Shown in pieces: positions 28,368 to 37,497 of a stretch of 64,000 nucleotides of DNA. The stretch is taken from the sequence record NC_017972.1; one strand, 5' to 3'. The notes below the pieces were generated by a model, which saw nothing but the letters and a program-made list of their open reading frames with translations, was not told the DNA's origin and searched no databases. How positions within the stretch are numbered: position 1 is the stretch's first letter; every line of letters starts with the position of its first letter. Position numbers and translations under genes: made by a program.

Positions 28368-28934
28368 TTAGATTTGCCACTTGGAGCGCAGCAGCTCAAA
28401 CAGTTTTTCAACCGTGAGTTCTGTAGCGCCCATAATCGCGTCGAGATTGTCGCGATTCATGTTCGGCTGCGTGCAAAGATTTCGGAACGCAATCAGGTCT
28501 TCATGCTTCAACATCAGCAGGAAATTGGCGTCGGCTTTTGCATCTTTTTCGTCGTGGACTTCGGCAGCGAGGAACTGCACACGCGGCGACTTTTCAGAGG
28601 ACGCGACGACCGGGCGACGAATTGCTTTCAGCAGAGATTTATACAAACGATCCATGCCGCCCGCGATCATATCCTGTACGCTCAGGTACGCATACGACGG
28701 GAAGAAATCTACAGGACCGACAGAATCGATTTTGTGAATTTGCGAGCCGATAAACAGGTTTGGCGTATCGTGGAAAACCGGGATATCGCCAACATGAATT
28801 CGCGCAGCCGGATCACCGTCACAGGCGTGGACGTAGAAGGGCACACCGTCTTTTGTGTACGACGGGAACAGTGCGAGATTTCCGTCTTCTTTCAGGATGC
28901 GATTCAGCTGGGCAGCGGAAACAATAAACGACAT
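28368..28934 (-). CDS. Hypothetical protein
   Basis: 188-aa ORF abutting the upstream stop (TAA ATG). Confidence 0.75.
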   Translation of the reverse strand: MSFIVSAAQLNRILKEDGNLALFPSYTKDGVPFYVHACDGDPAARIHVGDIPVFHDTPNLFIGSQIHKIDSVGPVDFFPSYAYLSVQDMIAGGMDRLYKSLLKAIRRPVVASSEKSPRVQFLAAEVHDEKDAKADANFLLMLKHEDLIAFRNLCTQPNMNRDNLDAIMGATELTVEKLFELLRSKWQI

Positions 28935-29618
28935 TTATTCGCCCTCTTCTCGGTTGTAGGTTGGGAGCGCAGCAGCCGTGCGGTACTTGGCTTTTTCGCC
29001 CATGATGAAATTGTAGAATGCTCGGCTAGGCGGAACGCCCAAGCGAATGTATTCCAGATAACCGGCAGGCCAAGACCAGCCGTTGAATTCGTATTCGCCA
29101 CAGCCACGATTTACGTTGGTGAGTCGGCAGAAACTCATACCGCGATACAGCACCTGCTCCAAAACTTCTTCGATTTCGACCAGATGGTTGATGAAATCTT
29201 GGCGGTCAAATTCTGGAATATCCATGACGACCGGCCACGGATAAAGCGAAACTTCTTTTTCGTAGTGCGTGCGGAAACTGGAACGGCCACTTTGGATAGG
29301 CGCGGGCAGCTCTTCTTTGTTGCGCCAGTAGCCTTCGATACGCTTGGGGAATCTCGACGTAGCATTCAGCGCTTCAAACTGCCGCTTCTGCGCGCTGTAC
29401 GTTGCGTGCTTCAAAGCCTCGATACCCATGTCGGTCGGCTCTACCAGTTTCACAAAACGATATTCGCTTTGTGGATATTCGCCGTCCAAAGAATATTCGT
29501 GCTCGTTACCGGTATAGCAGTAGGTGCGGTCGTCATATAGGCGCACAATAGCGGGCTTATCTACCGGTGTCAGCAGCCAGTAATAACCGGGTTCCTTCAC
29601 TTCATACCATTGCAGCAT
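28935..29618 (-). CDS. Hypothetical protein with EPGYYW N-terminal module
   Basis: 227 aa. N-terminus is similar to the adjacent 29602..29859. Confidence 0.75.
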   Translation of the reverse strand: MLQWYEVKEPGYYWLLTPVDKPAIVRLYDDRTYCYTGNEHEYSLDGEYPQSEYRFVKLVEPTDMGIEALKHATYSAQKRQFEALNATSRFPKRIEGYWRNKEELPAPIQSGRSSFRTHYEKEVSLYPWPVVMDIPEFDRQDFINHLVEIEEVLEQVLYRGMSFCRLTNVNRGCGEYEFNGWSWPAGYLEYIRLGVPPSRAFYNFIMGEKAKYRTAAALPTYNREEGE

Positions 29619-29859
29619 TTTTCGCTTCCTTTTCTGCGACCAGCTTGGCCATTTCTGCTTTCGGGAAATCGATCTTTACGTAGTATTTGAAATCGTCCTG
29701 CTCGGTCAGCTCTTCGCCGCGTTCATCGGACGGCGTGAACATTCGCCCCTCCCACAGCTCGGCAACTACAGCAGTAAGAAATTCAGGATCGTTTTTCTGA
29801 AAAATCCAGTAGTAGCCCGGCTCTTCCAGATTTACTTCGTGCCATTCCAACAGTTTCAT
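29602..29859 (-). CDS. Hypothetical protein with EPGYYW module
   Basis: Start re-assigned to ATG 29859 (ATGA overlap with the upstream stop): MKLLEWHEVNLEEPGYYWIF. Confidence 0.7.
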   Translation of the reverse strand: MKLLEWHEVNLEEPGYYWIFQKNDPEFLTAVVAELWEGRMFTPSDERGEELTEQDDFKYYVKIDFPKAEMAKLVAEKEAKNAAMV

Positions 29860-30185
29860 GATGCACCCATGATTAATTTGCGGATGGTTTGACCGTGGCA
29901 GCGCTTTGGGTAGCAGTGACAAAGCAGACGTAGTTTTGCGCCTGCTAAATATTGCTGCCGCAAAGCAAGAATCCTGCGGCGATACTTACTTTTCGGTTTC
30001 CTCATGCGAGAAAACGCCCAAGCTTCGTATCGGTCGCAGGATTCTTTTCGGCTGCCTGTCAGGCTTATGGGAAATTTGTTCCCGAATATGGTCTTTCTAT
30101 CAATGCGCACATCTACAAAACCAGCTAGCGGTGCGTCACTAACTTTCCCTATCCGTATTTCCCCATTTCCAAACAGGCCCGCCAA
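29856..30185 (-). CDS. DUF4326-family protein
   Basis: IDR.TIFGN.F and L.CHCYPKRCHG..I motifs. Confidence 0.75.
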   Translation of the reverse strand: MAGLFGNGEIRIGKVSDAPLAGFVDVRIDRKTIFGNKFPISLTGSRKESCDRYEAWAFSRMRKPKSKYRRRILALRQQYLAGAKLRLLCHCYPKRCHGQTIRKLIMGAS

Positions 30186-31220
30186 TTACAGCGATTTGAA
30201 CGGAGTGAAGCTGTACGAATCCGGGCCTTCCTTACGGAAAACACCAGAGGTCAGCAGCAGGCCGGTGCCTTTGCGCCACAGCAGCCAAGGCTTGTCGGCC
30301 TCGACAGCTTTGGTCACTTGCTCAGCTTTCAGAATATCGTTTACATCCTCGGTAGTAACGAATTCGCCGTTACGCCAGAATTTGTAACCGTCTTCCATAA
30401 CGCGCAGCAACAGAATTTCCGCGCAATCCGCCAGAACGAAATCGACCAACGGAACGTCGTGGTGATACGACGGGCGCTGTACGAGATTGTGGCGGAACAT
30501 GTGCATCGGAATTGCTGCGAGTCGTTGCTGAACTTTGGTGCAGGCACCGATATGCCAAACCTTGGCAATCTTTGCAGTTTTTTCCAGCATACGCAGGTAA
30601 TTAGCCGCATGTTGGAAATCAGTCATCAGGATTTCATCTTGACGACTGCCCACGCCGGATTTGTAACGGATGCTGTACGCTTGCTTACTCGGCACAACGG
30701 TAATGGTGATAACGCCACCAGTACCGCTAGCTTTGTAGGTTTGAATCTTGCGCAGCTCCCGCTCGGTCAGCTCCACGCCTTTCGGTGCGCGAGTTTTAAT
30801 CGAGTCAGAGAATCCAACTGGCGAACCAATATACTCAGCTGCCATTTGCATGAATTCTTTGAGGCCGAAGTAGCACTCACGATCCCGCTTAGAAGCAGCG
30901 AGAATTTTCTCCTTCATTTCCTCGACTTTCGACAGTTGCATGTTTTCTTTTTCTGGATGGGAGAACATCAGTTCACCGTCCGAGTACAGATGCACGCTGA
31001 ACTTGAATTGAGCATCGTTGTAGGCGTCGTACATATCGTACATTACACCAACAAATTTGCGACCTTCGTGTTCACCATCGAACGGCAGGATTTTGCCGTC
31101 TACGCTGTAAGCCGTGTTACGGGCAGGCAGCGCGAAATCAAGAATGCTGTCCAGTTCGGTTCGCAGGGCGATAGTTTCTGCGGCCAGCACAGGAGTTTCA
31201 GCAGTCATAGTCGAAGTCAT
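30186..31220 (-). CDS. Hypothetical protein
   Basis: 344-aa ORF with AGGG RBS. Confidence 0.8.
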   Translation of the reverse strand: MTSTMTAETPVLAAETIALRTELDSILDFALPARNTAYSVDGKILPFDGEHEGRKFVGVMYDMYDAYNDAQFKFSVHLYSDGELMFSHPEKENMQLSKVEEMKEKILAASKRDRECYFGLKEFMQMAAEYIGSPVGFSDSIKTRAPKGVELTERELRKIQTYKASGTGGVITITVVPSKQAYSIRYKSGVGSRQDEILMTDFQHAANYLRMLEKTAKIAKVWHIGACTKVQQRLAAIPMHMFRHNLVQRPSYHHDVPLVDFVLADCAEILLLRVMEDGYKFWRNGEFVTTEDVNDILKAEQVTKAVEADKPWLLWRKGTGLLLTSGVFRKEGPDSYSFTPFKSL

Positions 31221-31265
31221 GATTTTTCCCTTTGGTATTTTGGGTTAACTGGGATTGGATTATCC

Positions 31266-32009
31266 CTAGTTTGCTTCTACAAAAATTTCCGTCATAGGCA
31301 TGTAGCGCTCACGGAAATATTGCTCATGGCGACCGCTATCGGGTGCGTTGTGCGTGTACTGCACTTTCACTTCGATAACTTTCGTCAAGCCTTTGGTTTG
31401 CAGATAGGCGGCGGTTTTCCCGGTAGGAGGCATGATGCGCCGTCCCTCTTCTACAAAACATTTAATCGGGTCTTTCAGTGGACGATCCGTAGCGGATTTA
31501 AACCAGCGATCAACCGAACCCAACAAGAAAGGTTCCGTCGAGCCTTGCGGGTGAATCAGCAGGCCTTGGCCCTCGGCAGTTACGCCAATGCGCAGCGCTT
31601 CGATGCTGGTGCCGTGCAGCTGAATAATCGTCATTGGGCGGTGACGATAAATCGTAGGAATCTCTTCCACAAAACGTCGAATATGCGAGCGCGCCTGCTT
31701 CACAATAGCGGCCAGACAATCTTGGTAATGCGGATGATCGAATTGCGCGCGGCTGTAGCATTGCTGGATTTGATCCAGAACATCCTCGGCGCGCAAATCT
31801 TTTGGCAAGAAAAGGGAGCCGGAGTTGTAAATTACATGGATCAAACCGCGCCCATTGTTGACGAGAAACCGACCGTCGTTTTCTTTTGTGGAATCCTCGA
31901 TGCTAACAGTCATCAGGTCGCTTTGGCATTCGTGATTTTTATTCGCGTAGTGCCAACCAGCTCCGCCGTTAATCTTTGAGATATGCCGCATCAGATCATT
32001 CAGGTCCAT
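31266..32009 (-). CDS. Hypothetical protein
   Basis: 247-aa ORF with AAGG RBS. Confidence 0.8.
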   Translation of the reverse strand: MDLNDLMRHISKINGGAGWHYANKNHECQSDLMTVSIEDSTKENDGRFLVNNGRGLIHVIYNSGSLFLPKDLRAEDVLDQIQQCYSRAQFDHPHYQDCLAAIVKQARSHIRRFVEEIPTIYRHRPMTIIQLHGTSIEALRIGVTAEGQGLLIHPQGSTEPFLLGSVDRWFKSATDRPLKDPIKCFVEEGRRIMPPTGKTAAYLQTKGLTKVIEVKVQYTHNAPDSGRHEQYFRERYMPMTEIFVEAN

Positions 32010-32027
32010 CGTCGTCTACCTTTTCGT

Positions 32028-32534
32028 TTATGCTGCGTTTAAATTTTTCGGCTTGGGTATCTTGAAAGCTGGCGTTGAATCTTTACGCGGCAGCTCTTTG
32101 ATTGCGTCAAGGAACTTGTGGTGTTCGCGGCTCAGCTTATCGCGAGCTTCTGGCAGAGTGAACCACTTGCGTTTGCGCATGTGTTTTTCTTGCCACGAAT
32201 CGAACTGCGATAGGTATTCCATTGCGTACATGACGACGACTTGTTTCATGCCGTCTTTTTCGTATTCAAAGGTTCCGATCTTTTTGGTACATGTGCCGGT
32301 GACGCCTGCCTCTTCAAAGCATTCTTTCGCTGCGTTTTCCCGCGCGTCAAGGTGCTTTTCTTGACCGCCTTTAGTGAATCCCCACCACGCACTTTTCTTC
32401 AACTTTTTAACCAGCAGAACCTGCCGGATACCGTCCTTGTCACGGTAAGGAATACAACCCGATTGCTTGCGTACTTTGAGTTTTGTTTTCGGCAGCTCAG
32501 CGGGGGAAGCTTGAAGCGAAACCATCATCTGCAA
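32028..32534 (-). CDS. Nudix hydrolase (DIPP/Ap(n)A-hydrolase-like subfamily)
   Basis: SGCIPYR...VLLV...WGFTKGGQEKHLDARENAAKECFEEAGV Nudix box. Confidence 0.85.
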   Translation of the reverse strand: MQMMVSLQASPAELPKTKLKVRKQSGCIPYRDKDGIRQVLLVKKLKKSAWWGFTKGGQEKHLDARENAAKECFEEAGVTGTCTKKIGTFEYEKDGMKQVVVMYAMEYLSQFDSWQEKHMRKRKWFTLPEARDKLSREHHKFLDAIKELPRKDSTPAFKIPKPKNLNAA

Positions 32535-32594
32535 ATCCTCTAGGTATTAGTCGGGTACGCCGCTGTGCAACGTACCTTCTTAAATTACACCTTA

Positions 32595-32605
32595 TATTTA
32601 CAGTT
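32595..32605 (-). promoter_or_regulatory. Repeated motif AACTGTAAATA (candidate phage promoter), copy 1
   Basis: Exact 11-mer at a gene junction, 60 bp upstream of the Nudix start. Confidence 0.65.
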
Positions 32606-32774
32606 AACGGCGCATGTCGTGAATGGCTTGCTCAGCCGCATCCACAAACGTCAAACCGCTATGGCCCCACGACCACGGCGCGGTCCAATCGGGATGGGAA
32701 ATCAACTTTTTGCGGAAGCAAACGGTCAGCTTGAGGTCTTCCAAATCTTCAAGGAGTATCCGGTAATCAATCAT
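32604..32774 (-). CDS. Small hypothetical protein (56 aa, not in ORF track)
   Basis: MIDYRILLEDLEDLKLTVCFRKK...DMRR. Fills the gap between two motif copies. Confidence 0.6.
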   Translation of the reverse strand: MIDYRILLEDLEDLKLTVCFRKKLISHPDWTAPWSWGHSGLTFVDAAEQAIHDMRR

Positions 32775-32811
32775 TTTATTCTCAGTGCGAGAGCGTTGTG
32801 GTTATACTGTA

Positions 32812-32822
32812 TATTTACAGTT
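32812..32822 (-). promoter_or_regulatory. AACTGTAAATA motif, copy 2
   Basis: Intergenic, directly after the stop of 32823..33677. Part of the inverted repeat ACTGTA-TATT-TACAGT. Confidence 0.65.
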
Positions 32823-33677
32823 TTACGAACGGAAGGTAATGATGAATTTTGGCTCTTTGTAAACGCTTTCAGGCGAATCAAGCAAGGCCGCGACGTGCGG
32901 GTCAGCGGAACCCAAAACAACCTCGACCATTTCGTGCTTAACGGATTCCAGACCACGCGCCAGCATATCGAACAGGAAATAACTCGGCTGGTGCATTGTC
33001 ACGAAACTATTACCGACTTCCACTTGGCGGCGGTGTGGTTTGGACAAAGCTGCATCGGCAGTCAGGCCAGCGATAACATCGTCAAAGTTTTTGACCAGAG
33101 CGCTAGTCGAATCTTCGATGTATCTATAGAAATCGCTGTAGCGGTCGTTTGCGAACGACGCATCCATTTGTGCATCAGGGTGGCGGTGCGCGTAAAACGC
33201 AATCGACAAGATGAAGTGTTTGTCGTTATCTCTTGCGTCCGGTTTACCGAGGTACAGATCGATACTCTGACCGACTTGCGTTTGGTACGTTTCGATACCG
33301 GCTAGACCGAACACATCTTGCACCTGCGCTACGATAGCTTTTACTTTCGTTTCCAGAACGCCGGAACGCTCAGCCAAATCGACAACGTGCGCAACCAATT
33401 GTTGGCGCGTTTTTTCGTCGGTGATGTTGTGGCCCGACCATTCCTGTTTACCGCCACCAACCACAGCGAATCTGCGCGCTCCGTCTTCGACTTTGTAGAA
33501 CCAAATACCGTAACCGTTTTTGACCAGACGGCGATGGGAATCCGGGCCGCTGTTAACCCACGCATTGCTGTCTGTGTGTTGGTTAGGGCGTTTGTGGGAA
33601 ACGCTCACAAAACCCAGCTCTTCCAACTCCGTCATCAGCTGGTTGGCGACTTCGACGGAAATGATATTTTTACTCAT
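32823..33677 (-). CDS. Hypothetical protein
   Basis: Start re-assigned to ATG 33677 (MSKNIISVEVA), overlapping the upstream stop. Confidence 0.75.
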   Translation of the reverse strand: MSKNIISVEVANQLMTELEELGFVSVSHKRPNQHTDSNAWVNSGPDSHRRLVKNGYGIWFYKVEDGARRFAVVGGGKQEWSGHNITDEKTRQQLVAHVVDLAERSGVLETKVKAIVAQVQDVFGLAGIETYQTQVGQSIDLYLGKPDARDNDKHFILSIAFYAHRHPDAQMDASFANDRYSDFYRYIEDSTSALVKNFDDVIAGLTADAALSKPHRRQVEVGNSFVTMHQPSYFLFDMLARGLESVKHEMVEVVLGSADPHVAALLDSPESVYKEPKFIITFRS

Positions 33678-34581
33678 TGGGTTCGCCCACAAAAGGTTGT
33701 TTGAACAGAATGCGTGTATCGGTGACTTTGTAGCTTGCCGCGTCAAGGTCTTGCTTAACCAACAAACCGTCGATTGTAGCATTGCCGGTTGTCGATCTTA
33801 CGGTGTGTTCTTTGCTGCCAACGCCCAGCACGCCAAGGTCGAGCATGTATTGCAGATATTCGCCGGGGCAACCGAGCGTAACGATCAGGCCGTTACCTTC
33901 GTTCGCACAAATCAGGAATTTTTTGAAGCGGTCGTGCTGGTCGCGAATCACGCGCAGGCAGTCTTCCAGCGTTTCGACTTTATTCCGGGGAGTATCGTCG
34001 TCTTCGCATTCGCCGTCGTCCGGTTCGGCGCAGCCTGTATCCTCGAAAATGCGCCAGTCATTACCGACGAAAATTGCAGACTGCAAAACCATTGCGCCGG
34101 GGCGGTTGAATTTCAAGGTAAACAGATCGGGTTTTGCGTCCGAGTCCGCGTCTTCCAACGGCAGCGCCGGGCTGATATCCAGCTTGAAATGAATTCGTTC
34201 TTTTTTCTCGACGCGCAGGAAAGGAATACCTGCCGCTTCCAGCACAGGCGCCAATTGATCAGCCAGTGCATTGAGTGCGGCGTGTTTCCGATCCAGACTG
34301 TTGGCTGCGCTGATAATGCGTTCGGCCAACTTGTTCACGTCTTTGGCCTGCTTCGGACCGCATATTCTGAACTTAGGAACAAACGCAGTAAAACTAGCTT
34401 CTTTTTTCGGCGTCGTGTAGTAGGAAGTGCGTACCCACGCGAGGCCGCGACGGTACATGTTTTCGGTGCGAGCGGTACGCGATTCAGCGTTGCCCGTTTC
34501 TACGCCGTGCTCAGTGCAAATAAAACCGGCATCGTGCAGCAGGGCTTCCAGTTGCTGGATAAATTCTACTTCATAGCGCAT
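33670..34581 (-). CDS. Hypothetical protein
   Basis: 303-aa ORF, TAA ATG coupling. Confidence 0.75.
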   Translation of the reverse strand: MRYEVEFIQQLEALLHDAGFICTEHGVETGNAESRTARTENMYRRGLAWVRTSYYTTPKKEASFTAFVPKFRICGPKQAKDVNKLAERIISAANSLDRKHAALNALADQLAPVLEAAGIPFLRVEKKERIHFKLDISPALPLEDADSDAKPDLFTLKFNRPGAMVLQSAIFVGNDWRIFEDTGCAEPDDGECEDDDTPRNKVETLEDCLRVIRDQHDRFKKFLICANEGNGLIVTLGCPGEYLQYMLDLGVLGVGSKEHTVRSTTGNATIDGLLVKQDLDAASYKVTDTRILFKQPFVGEPNE

Positions 34582-34890
34582 TTAATTTGCCTCCACGGCT
34601 GTTCTGTTCCACTGGCTTGCGTTGCGAATCAATACGTCGTCAATCTCGCCGCGAGAATCCAAATCCAAAGTTTCCGAACGCCCGTGGCAATTAGGATCGC
34701 CGCTGACTTCGCAGAAACCTGCGCTAACCACATTCAGCGTTGGCTTGATATCGCCGCCTGTACGATCCATTGCGCGAATCGTCATTTGCGACATTACATC
34801 GTGGTTGATGCACTTTGGAAAAATGATCGGCAGTTCGTGAATCACGCCGGTCTGATAATCGCGTCCTTGCATAACAATGTACTTCATCAT
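34582..34890 (-). CDS. Conserved-type phage hypothetical protein
   Basis: MKYIV...ELPIIFP...H..M...VSAGFC...C.G.SETL.L.S pattern seen in phage small proteins. AAGG RBS. Confidence 0.7.
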   Translation of the reverse strand: MMKYIVMQGRDYQTGVIHELPIIFPKCINHDVMSQMTIRAMDRTGGDIKPTLNVVSAGFCEVSGDPNCHGRSETLDLDSRGEIDDVLIRNASQWNRTAVEAN

Positions 34891-34905
34891 TTCTCGTTTT
34901 CCTTG

Positions 34906-35040
34906 TTAACGACGAATAGCGAAACCGGAATGCCCAGTTTGTGCAGCGAATCCCTTGGAGACTTTTGGTTCGTTGCAACCGATCAACGCGACAAGCGCGA
35001 AGACCGGCAACAGCGGCATAATATTGCGGAGATTTTTCAT
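34906..35040 (-). CDS. Small lipoprotein (44 aa, not in ORF track)
   Basis: MKNLRNIMPLLPVFALVALIGC lipobox. ATGA overlap with the 35037 stop. Confidence 0.6.
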   Translation of the reverse strand: MKNLRNIMPLLPVFALVALIGCNEPKVSKGFAAQTGHSGFAIRR

Positions 35041-35468
35041 AGCAATACTTTCCTAAACCCTTGGTCAAAGAAAATCGTTACGCCTTGTGTTTTGGAGCCG
35101 TGGCCTGTGATGCACACTGCACCGGGACTGCGTGAAATCTTGTGCTCGAAATCTACCCGTTTGAACAAAGCGCCATTCTCTTTGCAGCGCGCTTTCATTT
35201 TATTTACAGTTTCGTAGGAGAAGCGTGGCGGCTCACGGAGCTGGAATTCTGTGTACCAATACTGCGCCCACTCTTCGCGCTTCTGCACATCCCTTGCACG
35301 TTCTGCGTGGCGTTCGGAATAGCCGTTAAACGAATTACTCTTTGGGCCGTTTATGTACCACACAATCCCGAGGAAAAACAGCAAGGCAAACACAGCAAGG
35401 AACAGAGCGGTCAGGGCATCGCTCTTAGCATGACGGTCGCATTTGCAACAGCAACATTTAGTCGTCAT
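35037..35468 (-). CDS. Membrane-anchored hypothetical protein
   Basis: ALTALFLAVFALLFFLGIVWYI TM segment. Confidence 0.7.
   Translation of the reverse strand: MTTKCCCCKCDRHAKSDALTALFLAVFALLFFLGIVWYINGPKSNSFNGYSERHAERARDVQKREEWAQYWYTEFQLREPPRFSYETVNKMKARCKENGALFKRVDFEHKISRSPGAVCITGHGSKTQGVTIFFDQGFRKVLL
35201..35211 (-). promoter_or_regulatory. AACTGTAAATA motif, copy 3 (intragenic)
   Basis: Exact 11-mer, 160 bp upstream of the 35040 start. Confidence 0.5.
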
Positions 35469-35772
35469 TTTTGCACACCTTTTTGAAGCCTTGGCCTAGC
35501 GGCGGAATACCCGGCATCGCAGGCCAGTGTGCGTTAATGCGTTTGATCGAACCGTCTGGCGCTTCGCACACAGCAAACACAGGCGTAGGGGCGTTGGCTC
35601 GCAAATCGGTTTCTTTGCCTTGGTATTTCAGGCCTTCCAATTCACAAGTTTTCTTTGCAGAATCGCCCCACGGGTCTTTCGACAAATCACGCTGCGCAGG
35701 AGGCACGCACTCTTCTTTGGAACAGCCAACCAGCGCCAGCGCTACAGCCAAAACAATAGAAATCTTTTTCAC
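35458..35772 (-). CDS. Lipoprotein
   Basis: Start re-assigned to GTG 35772: MKKISIVLAVALALVGC lipobox. Confidence 0.75.
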   Translation of the reverse strand: MKKISIVLAVALALVGCSKEECVPPAQRDLSKDPWGDSAKKTCELEGLKYQGKETDLRANAPTPVFAVCEAPDGSIKRINAHWPAMPGIPPLGQGFKKVCKNDD

Positions 35773-35825
35773 GTCATCTGCCTCTTTCGTGGTTGGTGCC
35801 CGCCGAAGCAGGCACCGTTTACTTT

Positions 35826-36041
35826 TTACTTGTTGAATTTCTGCCGGATTTTCTGAGCGAGAATACCCAGCCCGGAATGGGCAACATACGCAAACTCGGC
35901 GGCACTGAGCACAAAGCCCAGCAGCACCATGACTGCGAAATCGCCAGCGCCCGACCGACTGTGCTGCCATGCGTATTTAAACGCGGAGTAAATCCACATG
36001 GACAGGACAACCAGCAGGAAAAGAGCAAGAATACGCATCAC
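35826..36041 (-). CDS. Small multi-TM membrane protein
   Basis: 71 aa, mostly hydrophobic. ATGA-coupled to the ATP-grasp gene. Confidence 0.7.
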   Translation of the reverse strand: MMRILALFLLVVLSMWIYSAFKYAWQHSRSGAGDFAVMVLLGFVLSAAEFAYVAHSGLGILAQKIRQKFNK

Positions 36042-37426
36042 AGATATTCCTCTTCATCGTCATCTTCGTCTTCGATATCGTCGATCAGAATGTGTGGAAT
36101 GAACCGCTCATTTTTCCACGACAAAGTAGGCGATTCAAATTCACGAATGCACAGCGTAGCGGCAGTGGATTCGCGCATGGTGACGTAGTTGGTCGAAACA
36201 TCCGGCACCATAAACATGCCGATGATGAAATTGTTGCGGCCCGGAACTTGGAACGGCGGCGCGTACATTTGATAAACTACGTCGTCACCATCGTATGCGC
36301 CATCGGTCGAATAATTATGCGAACCGTCAGCATTGAAAATGGTGATGTTGTTCGACATGCGTCCGATTTTTGGCTTGCTTACGAATTTCTCGCCAACTTG
36401 CAGGAAGCGCTGGTTGTTGAGGTAGGTCGGCAGCACCGGAACGTTTTCATAACGAAGCCGGAAATCTTCGTCGGTTTCGATCAGGTGGGTGATGAATGCC
36501 CAAATGCCTTTGTTCGACGCAAACCAGCGCCATGCAGGCTCAAGGAAGGTAACGTGTTGGCCCCAGTTCGTCCATTCCTTGAATGCGTGCGGCGCAACTT
36601 TCACCATCGATTCAATCATTTCTTCCCACGGCAGCAGGGCGAAAATAACCGACGCCGGGGTATCGCCAATCACAAACGGATTGGAGCGGTTGGTGAAGTC
36701 GTAATCCATTTCGGTAATGTCGGCGAACATACATTCGTTTTCTTCACCGAGAATTTGCTGGATAACTTCACTGGTCGCCACGTCTTCAAACGTGTTGTGG
36801 TCACAGATTACGGCGGCGGTGCCGGGGATAGCGCCCATGTTGCGGATCAGTTCTTGTAGCGTCGGATAGAAACTATTCAACTGCAAGAAATTGTCGCCGG
36901 TCAGCGTTTCGCAAATCATGTTTTGCTGCGAAACAGCTTCAAACAGCATGGTCGGCGTATCGCCGTTGAATTCGTAGATGCCTTCGACTTGATTGGTGTC
37001 AGGATTCAGCGTGGCGTCGAAGCGGCCATAAATTGCTTGGCGGGCACTTCCAACATCGCGGTAAGTGAAGCGGGCATAGTCGAGGAAATACGGGTGGCGG
37101 CGCAGGAAAGCGCAACCCATATATTTCATGACTTCTGCATCAGGAAGCGCGAACAATTTGCCGACAGCTTCGACCAGCATTGCGTAAGCATTCTCGAATG
37201 TGGTTTCGATTTCTGCACACGCGGAAAGCGGCAGTTCGTAGACCGGCATATTGCGCGAATTTTTGAGGGTAAAATCGAAATAATCATGCACGTCTTTGTA
37301 GAACGCTGCGTCGCACGCGGCTTGGCTTTGGCCGGGAGCTTGGCGGTAGAAGGCCTGCGTATACGGCAGTTCTTCGTTCATCATTTTGTTCAGATCGAAA
37401 TTGATATCGTAGTGCGTGCAGTGCAT
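36038..37426 (-). CDS. ygiC: Glutathionylspermidine-synthase-like ATP-grasp ligase (YgiC/YjfC family)
   Basis: IYGRFD...IYEFNGDTPTMLFEA, FALLPWEEM, FLEPAWRWFASNKGIWA and VSKPKIGRMSNNI motifs. No amidase domain. Confidence 0.9.
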   Translation of the reverse strand: MHCTHYDINFDLNKMMNEELPYTQAFYRQAPGQSQAACDAAFYKDVHDYFDFTLKNSRNMPVYELPLSACAEIETTFENAYAMLVEAVGKLFALPDAEVMKYMGCAFLRRHPYFLDYARFTYRDVGSARQAIYGRFDATLNPDTNQVEGIYEFNGDTPTMLFEAVSQQNMICETLTGDNFLQLNSFYPTLQELIRNMGAIPGTAAVICDHNTFEDVATSEVIQQILGEENECMFADITEMDYDFTNRSNPFVIGDTPASVIFALLPWEEMIESMVKVAPHAFKEWTNWGQHVTFLEPAWRWFASNKGIWAFITHLIETDEDFRLRYENVPVLPTYLNNQRFLQVGEKFVSKPKIGRMSNNITIFNADGSHNYSTDGAYDGDDVVYQMYAPPFQVPGRNNFIIGMFMVPDVSTNYVTMRESTAATLCIREFESPTLSWKNERFIPHILIDDIEDEDDDEEEYL

Positions 37427-37455
37427 AAATCACTAATCCTTAGAGAAAGAGAATG

Positions 37456-37481
37456 AGCGGCCCGTTCTCTGAGCCGCTTTT
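37456..37481 (-). other. Intergenic stem-loop between lipoprotein and ligase genes
   Basis: AGCGGC...GCCGCT inverted repeat. Weak U-tract on the coding strand. Confidence 0.5.
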
Positions 37482-37497
37482 GTAGCTTTGATTTTAA

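Noticed and set aside
27948-35217. Long + strand ORFs over the - strand gene block (27948..29540, 30318..31979, 33520..35217; likewise 46866..48344, 55221..56678)
   Set aside because: They are antisense shadows spanning several real genes and their junctions, lack RBSs and have no motifs. Codon bias on the coding strand explains the scarcity of stops.
36038-37426. Annotation as a true glutathionylspermidine synthetase/amidase
   Set aside because: No N-terminal CHAP amidase domain. Size and the neighbouring lipoprotein fit the YgiC/YjfC subfamily.
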